DNA from: Betaproteobacteria bacterium | GTDB taxonomy: Bacteria > Pseudomonadota > Gammaproteobacteria > Burkholderiales > SG8-41 | DNA: 64,000 bases | Direction of reading: 5' to 3' | NCBI GenBank assembly: GCA_028292435.1 | Contig: JAQGMI010000152.1 | Span: 5,441 to 69,440 of the forward strand | Shown here: positions 46,660-55,937 of the stretch, in pieces | Numbering within the stretch: position 1 is the stretch's first letter | How the letters are laid out: each line of letters begins with the position of its first letter | The notes under the pieces: generated by a model | What the model saw: the letters and a program-made list of their open reading frames with translations, nothing else | The model's database searches: none | What the model was told of the DNA's origin: nothing | Translations under genes and position numbers: made by a program

Positions 46660-48677
46660 GCCGTGCCCTCAAAGCTGTAATCGACGCTGATCTCGTGCTC
46701 CGCCGAATACAGCAGCGCATTGAGCGCAATCGGCACGTCCGTACATTCCTTCATCGCTTCACCGTCGAGCACGATCTGCAGCCGGGTGATGCTTGCTACG
46801 CCGTCGATCGTGAACACGCGCTGATATACGCGCGAGTAAAAAATGCTGCCGCCGAACGGCCAGCCGCTGCCCTCCTCGCCGCCAATCAGCGGATGAAAAT
46901 AGTCTATGAGCTGCTGCACGGTCTGGTCATGGACCTGCGCGAGATCGGCGTTATCTGCGGCCACAATTTCGGCAACAACTTTTACCTCTTGATACGACGG
47001 CTTGATCACGAACAACTCGGTCGTCAGCAGACGCCGCGCATTCAAATATTCGCAAACCGTTCGCAACGTGCCCTCGCTCGGCGTGGGCCGCGGCTCTCTA
47101 ACATCTGCATCCGGCACGACGATGACCGATACGGCGCCGGGCACCTTGATCGTCGGAAATTCAGGATGGAATAACGGCAATGCTTTCGCGCGCCGGATGT
47201 TGGCCGATTCTTTGGCGAGATACTCGAAATCATCCGCGGTCACTGCCCGGCAGCGGGATTTGAGCGTGCCCGGTGCTCGCTTTTTCGCCTGGTTGAGCGT
47301 TTCTTCGTCGCGGCCGCTGTATGCCGCCGCCAGATTGCGAACCTCGTTAGCATCAATGCCAGGCACCGGTGTCACCAGCGTGCTGATAGCACCTGCGGGA
47401 ACGTTGCCGCGCATGCCGCCGCCGAAACGATAAATGCGCGCCACCACGTTAGCGCCGGCGTTTTTGACGTAGGCCACCGGAATGTCGCCGTTGATTCCGT
47501 CGCCGGTGAAAATGTCGCCCGTGGCGCGGTTCAGCACATACTGTTGATCGGCAGGCCCGGCGCCGAAGAAGTCATCAACTTCCGCCCAGCGTTCGGGGCC
47601 GTCGTCGCTCTGCTGGATTTCGAGTTCGAGCGTTCCCTTGAGCACCGGCTTGTTCGCGAGCCTGAACCGCTGGTTGCGGCTGCCGTCGCTTCCGCCGAGG
47701 ACTTCGTCGCGGATGGTTTCCGCCTGCTCGACCGCTACGGTATTCATGCGAATGGCCACGATTTCCGGCGCGCGCTCATACTGGCCCTTGGTCACACGCG
47801 CGCGAATCCAATAGCGATTCGGCTCGGCCGGATCGGCGGGATCAAGCTTGGTCTGCGCGGTCAGCGGTATTTTCGCGGCCGGTAATTTTAGATACACACG
47901 ACCCGACCGGGTGAACGCCAGCGTCTCGTCTTTTAGCAACGTCAACGCCTGCCACGCGCTGCCGTTCCAGAATTCCCAGACGAGTTTTGCGGGGCCGTAG
48001 GCGTGCGTTTCCATGAACCCACATGACAGGTACTGCGCTTTACGCGTATCGCGAGCGACGGTGACAGCGAGATTGAGTGTCTCCGCCGGCAACGCAGCGG
48101 GTGTCGCGTTCGGGTCGATCAAGCCCAGCCCGAGCCAGGCGCCGTCGATCGCACGAGTGCCGAACGGCTGGAATGCGCGCACCGCCTCGGTGTTGAGCGC
48201 AGTGACGTCGGTGTTGCCGATATCGGGATCGCCGACCACGATCGCGTCAAGCCTCGCACGCAGCGCAATCAGCGACGTCTTGGTCTCGAAAATAAGCTGC
48301 GGTCCGCCGTCCCCCGGATCGGCCGACAACTGTGTGCGTTCAGGCACGCGCACCACGGTATCAGCGAACGCTTTATCAACACCGAACGAAACTTCCGCGA
48401 GCGCGGGTTCTGCCGGCTTCAACTCGATGCCGATGAGCTGCAGAAACTTTAAGTAGTTGAGCGCCGGCACCCGGTTCATGCGATAGAGCAGCATCTCGGC
48501 CTGCCAGGCAAACACCTGGGTTAACGTGATGCCGGGATCGTTGTCGTTGACATCGGTCCACGCCGACGCGCCGGGCTTCCACTCGGGCGCGTAGCGCGCG
48601 ATGCGCGTGCGCACCTCGGTCATGATGTCGTCGAAGCGACGATCGTCGAGCAGCGGGATCTGATCTTCGAGCGGCAT
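46656..48677 (-). CDS. baseplate J-like protein (Afp11-like)
   Basis: 673 aa. N-terminus LLDDRRFDDIMTEVRTRIARYAPEWKP...NDPGITLTQVFAWQAEMLLYRMNRVPALNYLKFLQLIGIEL is typical of eCIS baseplate J proteins. Confidence 0.85.
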   Translation of the reverse strand: MPLEDQIPLLDDRRFDDIMTEVRTRIARYAPEWKPGASAWTDVNDNDPGITLTQVFAWQAEMLLYRMNRVPALNYLKFLQLIGIELKPAEPALAEVSFGVDKAFADTVVRVPERTQLSADPGDGGPQLIFETKTSLIALRARLDAIVVGDPDIGNTDVTALNTEAVRAFQPFGTRAIDGAWLGLGLIDPNATPAALPAETLNLAVTVARDTRKAQYLSCGFMETHAYGPAKLVWEFWNGSAWQALTLLKDETLAFTRSGRVYLKLPAAKIPLTAQTKLDPADPAEPNRYWIRARVTKGQYERAPEIVAIRMNTVAVEQAETIRDEVLGGSDGSRNQRFRLANKPVLKGTLELEIQQSDDGPERWAEVDDFFGAGPADQQYVLNRATGDIFTGDGINGDIPVAYVKNAGANVVARIYRFGGGMRGNVPAGAISTLVTPVPGIDANEVRNLAAAYSGRDEETLNQAKKRAPGTLKSRCRAVTADDFEYLAKESANIRRAKALPLFHPEFPTIKVPGAVSVIVVPDADVREPRPTPSEGTLRTVCEYLNARRLLTTELFVIKPSYQEVKVVAEIVAADNADLAQVHDQTVQQLIDYFHPLIGGEEGSGWPFGGSIFYSRVYQRVFTIDGVASITRLQIVLDGEAMKECTDVPIALNALLYSAEHEISVDYSFEGTA

Positions 48678-48710
48678 GGTCTTAACCGATGGCGAGAGCA
48701 GCAGTCAATC

Positions 48711-49100
48711 TCATGCCGCCTCCCGGACGTAGAACGGATACACGAGATTGCCGATGGCGTTATTGGCACGGATGCGGTAACTGATACGGATCAGCAGCAG
48801 ATTTTCACCCTGCGCTTCGGCGTTCAGGTCGAGCACATCGATCCGCGGTTCGAATTTGGTGAGCGCCGTGCGCACGGATTGCACCGTGCTCGATATCGTG
48901 GCGACGCTGTTCGGCGCGAACACGAGATCGTGGATCCCGCAGCCGAAATCGGGCAGCATCACGCGCTCACCTTTCGCGGTCGATAGAATCAGGTAGATCG
49001 ATTCTTCGATGCGCTGCTCGTAGCGGGACTGCGCAATACGCCCGGATGGCGTGACCTGCAGCGGAAACTTCCACCCTATGCCTAAAAAATCGCGTGCCAT
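48711..49100 (-). CDS. GPW/gp25-family baseplate wedge protein (Afp9-like)
   Basis: Start taken at Met 49100 (the ORF extends to 49265, overlapping the upstream gene). Reads MARDFLGIGWKFPLQV...IEESIYLILSTAKGERVMLPDFGCGIHDLVF...ALTKFEPRI. Confidence 0.9.
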   Translation of the reverse strand: MARDFLGIGWKFPLQVTPSGRIAQSRYEQRIEESIYLILSTAKGERVMLPDFGCGIHDLVFAPNSVATISSTVQSVRTALTKFEPRIDVLDLNAEAQGENLLLIRISYRIRANNAIGNLVYPFYVREAA

Positions 49101-49107
49101 GACGCTC

Positions 49108-49887
49108 CTAAAATAGATTTTTCTTGCCGCCGCCCGACGACTCATATCGGACGTGGCCGACATCAAGATCCCCGGCGATGACGACACGTTTGCCCGCGGC
49201 GGGCGATAAGCGGATGTCGCCGTCAGGCTGCAGAACGACCGATGCCGAGAGACCGCCGCCGCCAAAGTTACTCAGGGCAACCGTGCCATCGGCATCAACC
49301 TCGATTAATCCGGCGATTTGCCCCGCCGCATTCTTAAGAAACAGTTTGAAGTGCGTCGCCTCGGCGGGTGAATCCGGCGTAAGGCCGACGCCAAACCGCG
49401 CGTTCTCCGTCAGCGAAATAAACTCAAACGCGGGGCTTTCCGCGCCGATGCCTTCGAATTCAGATTGCTCTACCTTTGCGCTGAACACGGCACGCACCCG
49501 ATATTGCGGGTAGTGCGCGATCGATGGCGCGAACTGCGAGTGACCCCACTGGTCTTTGCCGCCGATAGGGATCACGACACCGTCCCAACCGGTCGGCGTC
49601 GCGCGGTTGGCGATCAGCGGAATGCCTGCGGCCTCATATAAATCCTGTGCACCAATCGGCTGCCAGGCCTTGATTTTGTCGTTCCACACTTCGGTGGTGG
49701 CCGCCGGCGTGTTCCAGCGATAGAGCAATAGCGATGCCTTGCGAACTTCCGTCTCCGACACGGAGGCTCCGTCGGGAAACTGCACCGGTGCAAGATGCAG
49801 CTTCACTTCGTTTTCGAGCGCCGCGTAGCCGCCGCCCACGACTTTGTAATCGAGCGTGGGCGCCGGAACTGCGAGCAGGCCGCTCAT
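49108..49887 (-). CDS. unknown protein between spike and gp25 (occupies the slot where PAAR is often found)
   Basis: 259 aa. 4-nt overlap with the gpV-like gene and 8 nt before gp25. No PAAR-like Cys/His pattern and no recognised motif. Confidence 0.4.
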   Translation of the reverse strand: MSGLLAVPAPTLDYKVVGGGYAALENEVKLHLAPVQFPDGASVSETEVRKASLLLYRWNTPAATTEVWNDKIKAWQPIGAQDLYEAAGIPLIANRATPTGWDGVVIPIGGKDQWGHSQFAPSIAHYPQYRVRAVFSAKVEQSEFEGIGAESPAFEFISLTENARFGVGLTPDSPAEATHFKLFLKNAAGQIAGLIEVDADGTVALSNFGGGGLSASVVLQPDGDIRLSPAAGKRVVIAGDLDVGHVRYESSGGGKKNLF

Positions 49888-50726
49888 ATCAGGTTCCCCA
49901 CACCGGGCGAATAAACCGAAGCCACTATGGTGTCGGCCTGCACAATGGGCGCCCTTAATATGCCGCTAAAGTTTGCGATCGCGGCTGTCACATTCAAGGC
50001 GGGCGTGCTGAGATTGACAACACCTGCGGCAGCGATATTCATCGCCGCGCTCGATTGAATGCTCATTGCCGCTGCGGTTGTCACACTGATGGCGGCGGTG
50101 CTCGTAATCGTGGTTGCCGTCGCCGAACTGATGCTCAGCGGCCCGCTCACCGCTTCTATGCTGATCCCGGCCGGCGAGATGACGATCTTGTTCGGCGCCG
50201 CTTCAATGGTCGCCCGCCCTGGCGCATTATCAAGCGTAACCTTGCCGCCGCTCTGAGTAGTAAGCGTGACCTTGCCGCTTTGGTCCTTGATTTCCAGCTT
50301 GTGATGCGACTTGCTTTCAAGCGTGATGGACTTGTCCTTGTCGTCGAGCGCCAGCACGTGGCCGTCTTTCGTTTTCAACACGACGCGCTTGTCGCCATCC
50401 TTGTCTTCGAACCTGAGCTCGTGGCCACCGGGCGTGACGATGATGCGGTTGTACTGGCTGCTGTCGGGTGCGGCGTCCGCGCCATTCCACAGGAATCCGA
50501 TCACATATGGGTGATCGAAGCTGCCGTGCTCGAATGCGACCAATACTTCGTCGTCGACTTCGGGCATGAACCGCACGCCGCGCGCCTTGCCTGCAAGGAG
50601 CGAGGCAATAGGCGCCCAATTGCTATCCTGCTCGCTCGCTAGCCACGGGAAGGAAACCTTAACGCGACCGAGGCTCGCATCGATGTCGCGGACCAGTCCG
50701 ATGACCACGCTCGACATCGACTTCAT
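49884..50726 (-). CDS. gpV/VgrG-type spike protein (Phage_base_V OB-fold plus beta-helix)
   Basis: 280 aa. GRVKVSFPWLASEQDSNWAPIASLLAGKARGVRFMPEVDDEVLVAFEHGSFDHPYVIGFLWNG, followed by a repetitive Ser/Thr/Ala beta-helix-like tail. Confidence 0.85.
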   Translation of the reverse strand: MKSMSSVVIGLVRDIDASLGRVKVSFPWLASEQDSNWAPIASLLAGKARGVRFMPEVDDEVLVAFEHGSFDHPYVIGFLWNGADAAPDSSQYNRIIVTPGGHELRFEDKDGDKRVVLKTKDGHVLALDDKDKSITLESKSHHKLEIKDQSGKVTLTTQSGGKVTLDNAPGRATIEAAPNKIVISPAGISIEAVSGPLSISSATATTITSTAAISVTTAAAMSIQSSAAMNIAAAGVVNLSTPALNVTAAIANFSGILRAPIVQADTIVASVYSPGVGNLI

Positions 50727-51967
50727 TGCACGCCCTCCAATGCGCCGGCGACTTCACGACGGGCATTGAACTTGGTGATGTAGCCGCTATCGCTGTACGA
50801 ATGGCTGGTGTCCGTAACGAAGTAGGTACCATTGAAGCGCGCGCCCAATCCGGCAATCTCCACTTTGACGCCGGCGCGCAGTTCCGGCAGGCCGATGCAG
50901 GTGACGGCTGCCTTGACCATTTCCTTGAAGCGGTCCTTGAGAATGCCGGTCGCGACCTTTTTTGCTTCCGCTTCGTTCTGCACTGGTTTGTCGACGACGA
51001 TTTCCTCGCGCGGATCGCAGCTATTGAGCAGTTCGTGCATGTCCTGATTGACGTTGAGTTCCTTGTCGTCGAGACCCACCTTGACCACGATCGCTTTCTT
51101 CTTCGTGCGGTCCCAGCCGTTCACCGTCACCGACTTGATCTGGTTCGCCGTCGTCAGCGTCGGCTTGAAATCGATGAGAGACGCGCCCCACGCGAGCTTG
51201 TAGACCGGCACGGCTGCGCCCGGCGTCCTGCCGTCCGATGGGCCAAAATAGAGATGGGTTTGTTTGAGCGCAGCCTGCGTGGCTTTGGGGTCGCCTTCAC
51301 GAATCGCCACCACGTATCCAAGACGCTTGGCTCGCAGCAGCAGGAAATCGATGTCGTATTGATTGGTCTGCGCGACGAACGGGACAGCGATTTCTTTTCC
51401 CACTGCCTCGTCGCTGACCACAACCGGCATCGGAAACCGCTTGTGGTTCTTGCCAAGGTCCTTGTCGACCTTGGTGCCGATGTCTCTGGCGATTTCGCTG
51501 TCCTTCTTGTTGTCCCATTTATCGCTGTATTGCTTGCGGCGCAGCTTGTGCAATGCATTGAGTCCGCGCACCGCCAGCGTCGGGCCGCCGCTTGCAGGAA
51601 AATTCGGTTCAAGCGTCGTAAACGTCCCGCGCACCATCAACCGCGTATCGCCGAGATAGCCAAACTTGACTTCGACCTCCTTATTGCAGGGGTCAAATAA
51701 CTTATAGCGCGCGCTTTCATCGGTCGACCCTTTGAGGTCTGCCGCCGATTCCGAGCCTACATATTTGAACGAGCGCGTCGCGGCGTCCCAGTTGTTCACC
51801 GTAATTTCAAAACCGTCGATTTCCTTGATGTTGTCGTGGTAGGTCACCTGCGATACATCGCGCAGCACGCTTTGCGGCAATCCGACGCCGTCGATTAGGA
51901 TCTCCACCTGCGGCACATAAAAGCCGCGGTGGTCGCGTGATACGTCGGCAAGCGTGGGCGTCGTCAT
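50723..51967 (-). CDS. phage late-control gpD-like protein (spike base / VgrG N-module)
   Basis: 414 aa. FYVPQVEILIDGVGLPQSVLRDVSQVTYHDNIKEIDGFEITVNNWD and overall gpD-like layout. Overlaps the gpV gene by 4 nt. Confidence 0.75.
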   Translation of the reverse strand: MTTPTLADVSRDHRGFYVPQVEILIDGVGLPQSVLRDVSQVTYHDNIKEIDGFEITVNNWDAATRSFKYVGSESAADLKGSTDESARYKLFDPCNKEVEVKFGYLGDTRLMVRGTFTTLEPNFPASGGPTLAVRGLNALHKLRRKQYSDKWDNKKDSEIARDIGTKVDKDLGKNHKRFPMPVVVSDEAVGKEIAVPFVAQTNQYDIDFLLLRAKRLGYVVAIREGDPKATQAALKQTHLYFGPSDGRTPGAAVPVYKLAWGASLIDFKPTLTTANQIKSVTVNGWDRTKKKAIVVKVGLDDKELNVNQDMHELLNSCDPREEIVVDKPVQNEAEAKKVATGILKDRFKEMVKAAVTCIGLPELRAGVKVEIAGLGARFNGTYFVTDTSHSYSDSGYITKFNARREVAGALEGVQ

Positions 51968-51970
51968 GGC

Positions 51971-52666
51971 TTATCGAATCGACGGCACCGTCATCAACTG
52001 GCCGGGCGCGAGCCGCCTCGGATCGTCGACTTGATTGGCTTCAGCGATCGCCCGCCATTCGCCGGGCCGCGCGTAATAGCGTGCGGCCAGCCGCTGCAGC
52101 GTATCGCCTTCGCGCGTGAAGTGACTGTGCGTGCGGTCGGGCGATGACAGGTTGAGCTGCGAGAGCTGCTCGTCGAGCGTCTTATATTCACGCAGCGACA
52201 ATGACAGCGTCGCGCGCAGCGGCACCCCTTCGGAACTGAAGAACGTGAATTTTTGCTTGATGCTCTCGATGACGCCGCGAAAGGCATTGCGCCGCTGGTT
52301 GCCCATTTCAGCCGGCAAGTCGCCGCCGGGAAATTTCGTGTTCCACTCGAAGCTGACGATAGGCGGCGCATGCCCGGACGGTTCGATCTTGACGAGTGCG
52401 TAGACCGGGTCGGTCAGGGTAGTCACGCTGGTCGCCCCGGCGCTGGTGCCCTGATCGCTCGTATCGAAAAAGAGATCGACGGATAGCTTTTCGTTTTGAC
52501 CGCGCACGAACTGCAGCACCGGCGAATCGAGCCCTGGAATGGCGATCTCCGCAATTTGCGCGCCCTTGTCGAGCGAAAACTCGGTCGGGTTGAATTGCAC
52601 GTCGAAGATGTCGAGTGCGCCGGCGCTGTACTCGACGATCAGGCGCGCTTTGGTGAGTTGATTCAT
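51971..52666 (-). CDS. LysM-domain tube-initiator protein (Afp7-like)
   Basis: 231 aa. The tube-like N-terminus FDVQFNPTEFSLDKG plus the C-terminal LysM HFTREGDTLQRLAARYYARPGEWRAIAEANQVDDPRRLAPGQLMTVP. Confidence 0.85.
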   Translation of the reverse strand: MNQLTKARLIVEYSAGALDIFDVQFNPTEFSLDKGAQIAEIAIPGLDSPVLQFVRGQNEKLSVDLFFDTSDQGTSAGATSVTTLTDPVYALVKIEPSGHAPPIVSFEWNTKFPGGDLPAEMGNQRRNAFRGVIESIKQKFTFFSSEGVPLRATLSLSLREYKTLDEQLSQLNLSSPDRTHSHFTREGDTLQRLAARYYARPGEWRAIAEANQVDDPRRLAPGQLMTVPSIR

Positions 52667-52669
52667 GGC

Positions 52670-52867
52670 TCAGTCTTCCGCATCGCGTTCTTTGCTGACG
52701 CCATCGGTAATCTTCCGCTCGCTACCCAGACGTTTGTCGTGGGCGAGCTTGTCTTCGACCGCACGCATGACCACACGCACAATGGCCTGCAGGATTTCCG
52801 GCGTGAGCAACGAGCCGCTGTCGACCGCCCTCACCGTTGCCCTGATTTCTCCGATATCGACATCCAT
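52670..52867 (-). CDS. small eCIS protein (DUF5908-like, Afp6 position)
   Basis: 65 aa from Met 52867 (MDVDIGEIRATVRAV...). The longer ORF to 52981 would overlap the tube gene. Size and position match the small protein between tube and LysM genes in eCIS loci. Confidence 0.45.
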   Translation of the reverse strand: MDVDIGEIRATVRAVDSGSLLTPEILQAIVRVVMRAVEDKLAHDKRLGSERKITDGVSKERDAED

Positions 52868-52883
52868 TGATCGATTCCCCGTT

Positions 52884-53417
52884 CTAGCCGGCAGCGCCCG
52901 CCATGCCGGGCCGCGATGCGACCCCTGGCACCTGGTAAATGCCTTCATGCGCGATTTCGATCGATTCGATGGCGACCGCACTCTGGGCGGCGTTTAACTG
53001 CGGCGCGGTGTATTTAACCGGCAACCCGCGCCGGAAATACCAGAGGTGCTGCGGCTCGCGGCTTGCGCCGAGCAAAGCAATTACGCCGTCGCGCCGCTTG
53101 CCGCGGCCTTCGACGAAGCCGAAGTGCCAGTCCCAGAGTTCGTTGGACAGGCCGATGCCTTTTTTGAGCGTGACATTGCTCCATGTGATGCGGCTGGCGA
53201 ATTTGAGCACCGCATCATTGCGCCCGCCCTCCTTGTATTCTTCCGGCGCCATCGACATTTCAATGCCCGTGCATTCGGAGAACCCGGCAGCGGCGACGTC
53301 CAGAATGCCCGACAGCGCAACCGATGGCGCGGCGCCCAGCGAACTCGACGAATCGACAAGACTAATCACGAAATTACGCGACAGCAACGGATCGCTGCGA
53401 CTGCCCACGGCGGCCAT
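52884..53417 (-). CDS. tail tube protein (T4 gp19-like, Afp5-like)
   Basis: 177 aa. DPLLSRNFVISLVD...AAGFSECTGIEMS...KEGGRN...TWSNVTLKKGI. Confidence 0.85.
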   Translation of the reverse strand: MAAVGSRSDPLLSRNFVISLVDSSSSLGAAPSVALSGILDVAAAGFSECTGIEMSMAPEEYKEGGRNDAVLKFASRITWSNVTLKKGIGLSNELWDWHFGFVEGRGKRRDGVIALLGASREPQHLWYFRRGLPVKYTAPQLNAAQSAVAIESIEIAHEGIYQVPGVASRPGMAGAAG

Positions 53418-55429
53418 CAGAATTCCCCCGCCAATGCGACTTCACTGATTTCGAAGGCGTCCTCGCCGTAACCTACGCGCAGGACCACGAATTCAAACGG
53501 CGTGCTCGGAGCAACGCCTACTTCGGCGATGAGTTGGCCGCGGTCGCGGGCCGCCGGCGGACTCGTGTCTTCATTGCAGTTGACGAAAAATGCTTCCTTA
53601 ACGGAAGCGCCTGCCAATGCGCCGCGCTCCCACAGCGACAGCAGAAAGCTCGTCAGCGCGAGATGCACTTTCGCGCGCGTATATCGGTCGTTAGTTTCAA
53701 ACACTGCCCATTGGCACGAGACTTCGATCGCTTTTTCGATCATCAGCATCAACCGCCGCACGTTGACGTAACGCCATGACGGATCGCTCGACAACGTGCG
53801 TGCGCCGAACACGCGCAGCCCGCGGCCGGGAAATGCGCGCAATGCATTGACGTGTTCTTCGTTCAGCAATCCATGCGATGCATCATCGATGGTCAGCGAC
53901 AGCCGCTGCGCCCAGTTCAAGCTGCCGTTGGCAGGCGCCTTATGAACGCCGATCTGCAGATCCGTTTGGGCGACAAATCCCGCGACGTGTCCGGACGGCG
54001 GAACCAACCGCGTCAGCTCGCCATTCAGGAGAAGAGGATCGGGCGCGGCGACCCAAGGCGCATACAACGCGGCGAACGTCGAGTCGAAACGTTTGCGCCA
54101 GGCGCGGATCGGATCGATTCCAAGGCGTGCATCACGCACCGCCGTATAGGGCGGATCGAGCAGCGCGATGCGGTCGTGGTGGCTTTGGCAATGATCAATG
54201 GCCGCGCTTTGGACCTGATACACGGCTTCATCGTCGAATAGCGGCGGTAGATCGCCAACGCTGCGCATACGCGGGACAGCAGGTGGGAACGGCGGCGCGG
54301 GCAGGCACGGGTCGGGCACGCAGACGACCGGCGGCGCTTTGGCTGGCGGCAGCACCGGCTGGATGTGGATGTCGGGCACCGCGACCAGCGCCACTTCGGT
54401 GATCGGGTCGAGCGCGCGCAGGCCGCGCATTTTCTCGCGGCGCGCGAATTCGTCATCGAGCACGTCCCCCGCTTCGCCGATAAAGTCGCGCACGCTCAAT
54501 GCGGCGAGTCCATCAGCGCCGAGCGTCAAGGCGACGGCATCAACCGTCACCTGCAATGGTGCAAGCTCCCGTCGTTGCATCGGCGTGCGTTTGTCGATCA
54601 GCACAACCGGATCGGCCGCTGCGGGCACTTTCCAGCCGATCGCATCGGACGGCGCTTCGGCAATCCGGGGCAAAACGCGCGGACCATAGCGTGGATGGTC
54701 GGGAACCAGCGACAGGCCCTGATAAACTGCGATCACGCGCCCGAGCTCTCGCACGAGCAAGGTGTATTCGACGCTTTCGATGAGCAACGGCCGATTCAAG
54801 TCATAACCGGTAAGTTGCTTCTCATAATCGGAGCGCGCCTCAGGTTTGGGATTGATCCAGTAGAGGCGTTTTGTTGCGGCGTCCACTGCAGCAACCGCAC
54901 GAAATGCCGGCGCAACAGGATCAGTCGCAATTCGCACATGCGTGCCGGCAATAAATCCGGCAACAGTAGTCACGGCCGCATAGTCCGGCGTCGAAAGTGC
55001 GGGGTCGGCAACCGTTTGGGCAAGATGCGTTGCGCGCAACTCGAAGGTGAGATCGTTGCCCCAGACCCCGGCGCTCGATGCACACACGTCCCACGCGGGG
55101 TACGGTGGCGGCGGCACCAACATCGGCAGCCTCGCGTTGACGGTCGACGCAGCGGCAACGGCAGCATCCGATGCGACGCGTACGATCCAGCAGCGCGCGC
55201 CGCCGTTCTCGAAAAACGCGCGCACTGCATAAGCGAGATACGCCGCGCCGGTGAAGTCGCCGAAATGCGCGACGAACTGGCGCCACGACTCGATGGGTAA
55301 AGCCTGGTGCAAAGGCCCTCGCCTCGCCATGCCGACGAAACCCGTGATGTCCGTTCGCAGCGGCGCCACGCGCGGCACGCCCGCATCGGTGCGATGGTAG
55401 TAGACGCCGGGCGTTGAATAGAGAGGCAT
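53417..55429 (-). CDS. contractile tail sheath protein (shorter paralogue)
   Basis: 670 aa. N-terminus STPGVYYHRTDAG...TGFVGMARRGP and C-terminus GVHKAPANGSL...LNEEHVNALRAFPGRGLRVFGARTLSSDPSWRYVNVRRL. Confidence 0.9.
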   Translation of the reverse strand: MPLYSTPGVYYHRTDAGVPRVAPLRTDITGFVGMARRGPLHQALPIESWRQFVAHFGDFTGAAYLAYAVRAFFENGGARCWIVRVASDAAVAAASTVNARLPMLVPPPPYPAWDVCASSAGVWGNDLTFELRATHLAQTVADPALSTPDYAAVTTVAGFIAGTHVRIATDPVAPAFRAVAAVDAATKRLYWINPKPEARSDYEKQLTGYDLNRPLLIESVEYTLLVRELGRVIAVYQGLSLVPDHPRYGPRVLPRIAEAPSDAIGWKVPAAADPVVLIDKRTPMQRRELAPLQVTVDAVALTLGADGLAALSVRDFIGEAGDVLDDEFARREKMRGLRALDPITEVALVAVPDIHIQPVLPPAKAPPVVCVPDPCLPAPPFPPAVPRMRSVGDLPPLFDDEAVYQVQSAAIDHCQSHHDRIALLDPPYTAVRDARLGIDPIRAWRKRFDSTFAALYAPWVAAPDPLLLNGELTRLVPPSGHVAGFVAQTDLQIGVHKAPANGSLNWAQRLSLTIDDASHGLLNEEHVNALRAFPGRGLRVFGARTLSSDPSWRYVNVRRLMLMIEKAIEVSCQWAVFETNDRYTRAKVHLALTSFLLSLWERGALAGASVKEAFFVNCNEDTSPPAARDRGQLIAEVGVAPSTPFEFVVLRVGYGEDAFEISEVALAGEF

Positions 55430-55471
55430 GGGGTTGGCTACGATTAAATCGGTCTGCGTTGGCTCGCGGGG

Positions 55472-55912
55472 CTACAGGTCGATTGTCAGGCCTTCATGCA
55501 CGATCTCGACCGATTCCATCGCGACCTCGTTGCCTGAAGCCTTTAGCGACGGACCTTCAATCTTGTTCACGAACGCGTTCTCGGCGTGCCAACGCAGTAC
55601 TGGATTGCGCGCCTCGTTCATGAGCACGATCGTGACGTTGCGGCGATCGACCGCGCCATTGACGATGTTTTGGTGCCAGCGCCACAGCGCTTTGTCCTGG
55701 GTGTAGCCGCGCTTCAACGTGAGGTTCGTGTATTTGCGCAGGCCCGGCAGCTTGCGCACGTTCGATTGCACATCGGTGCCCTCGCGGTAGTCGACTGCGT
55801 CGCCCTCAGCGGTGAGCCCCGTCACTTCGCTGAAAGCGCCGACCGGCACGCCGTCTATCTCGACTTGAAAATTAAAACTGCGGTACGGGTCTCTGCGCTC
55901 TGCGGTAGCCAT
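55472..55912 (-). CDS. tail tube protein (T4 gp19-like, Afp1-like)
   Basis: 146 aa. DPYRSFNFQVEIDGVPVGAFSEVTGL...REGTD...KYTNLTLKRG. Confidence 0.9.
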   Translation of the reverse strand: MATAERRDPYRSFNFQVEIDGVPVGAFSEVTGLTAEGDAVDYREGTDVQSNVRKLPGLRKYTNLTLKRGYTQDKALWRWHQNIVNGAVDRRNVTIVLMNEARNPVLRWHAENAFVNKIEGPSLKASGNEVAMESVEIVHEGLTIDL

Positions 55913-55937
55913 GTGTTACTCCTTGTAATTTAGTCGG

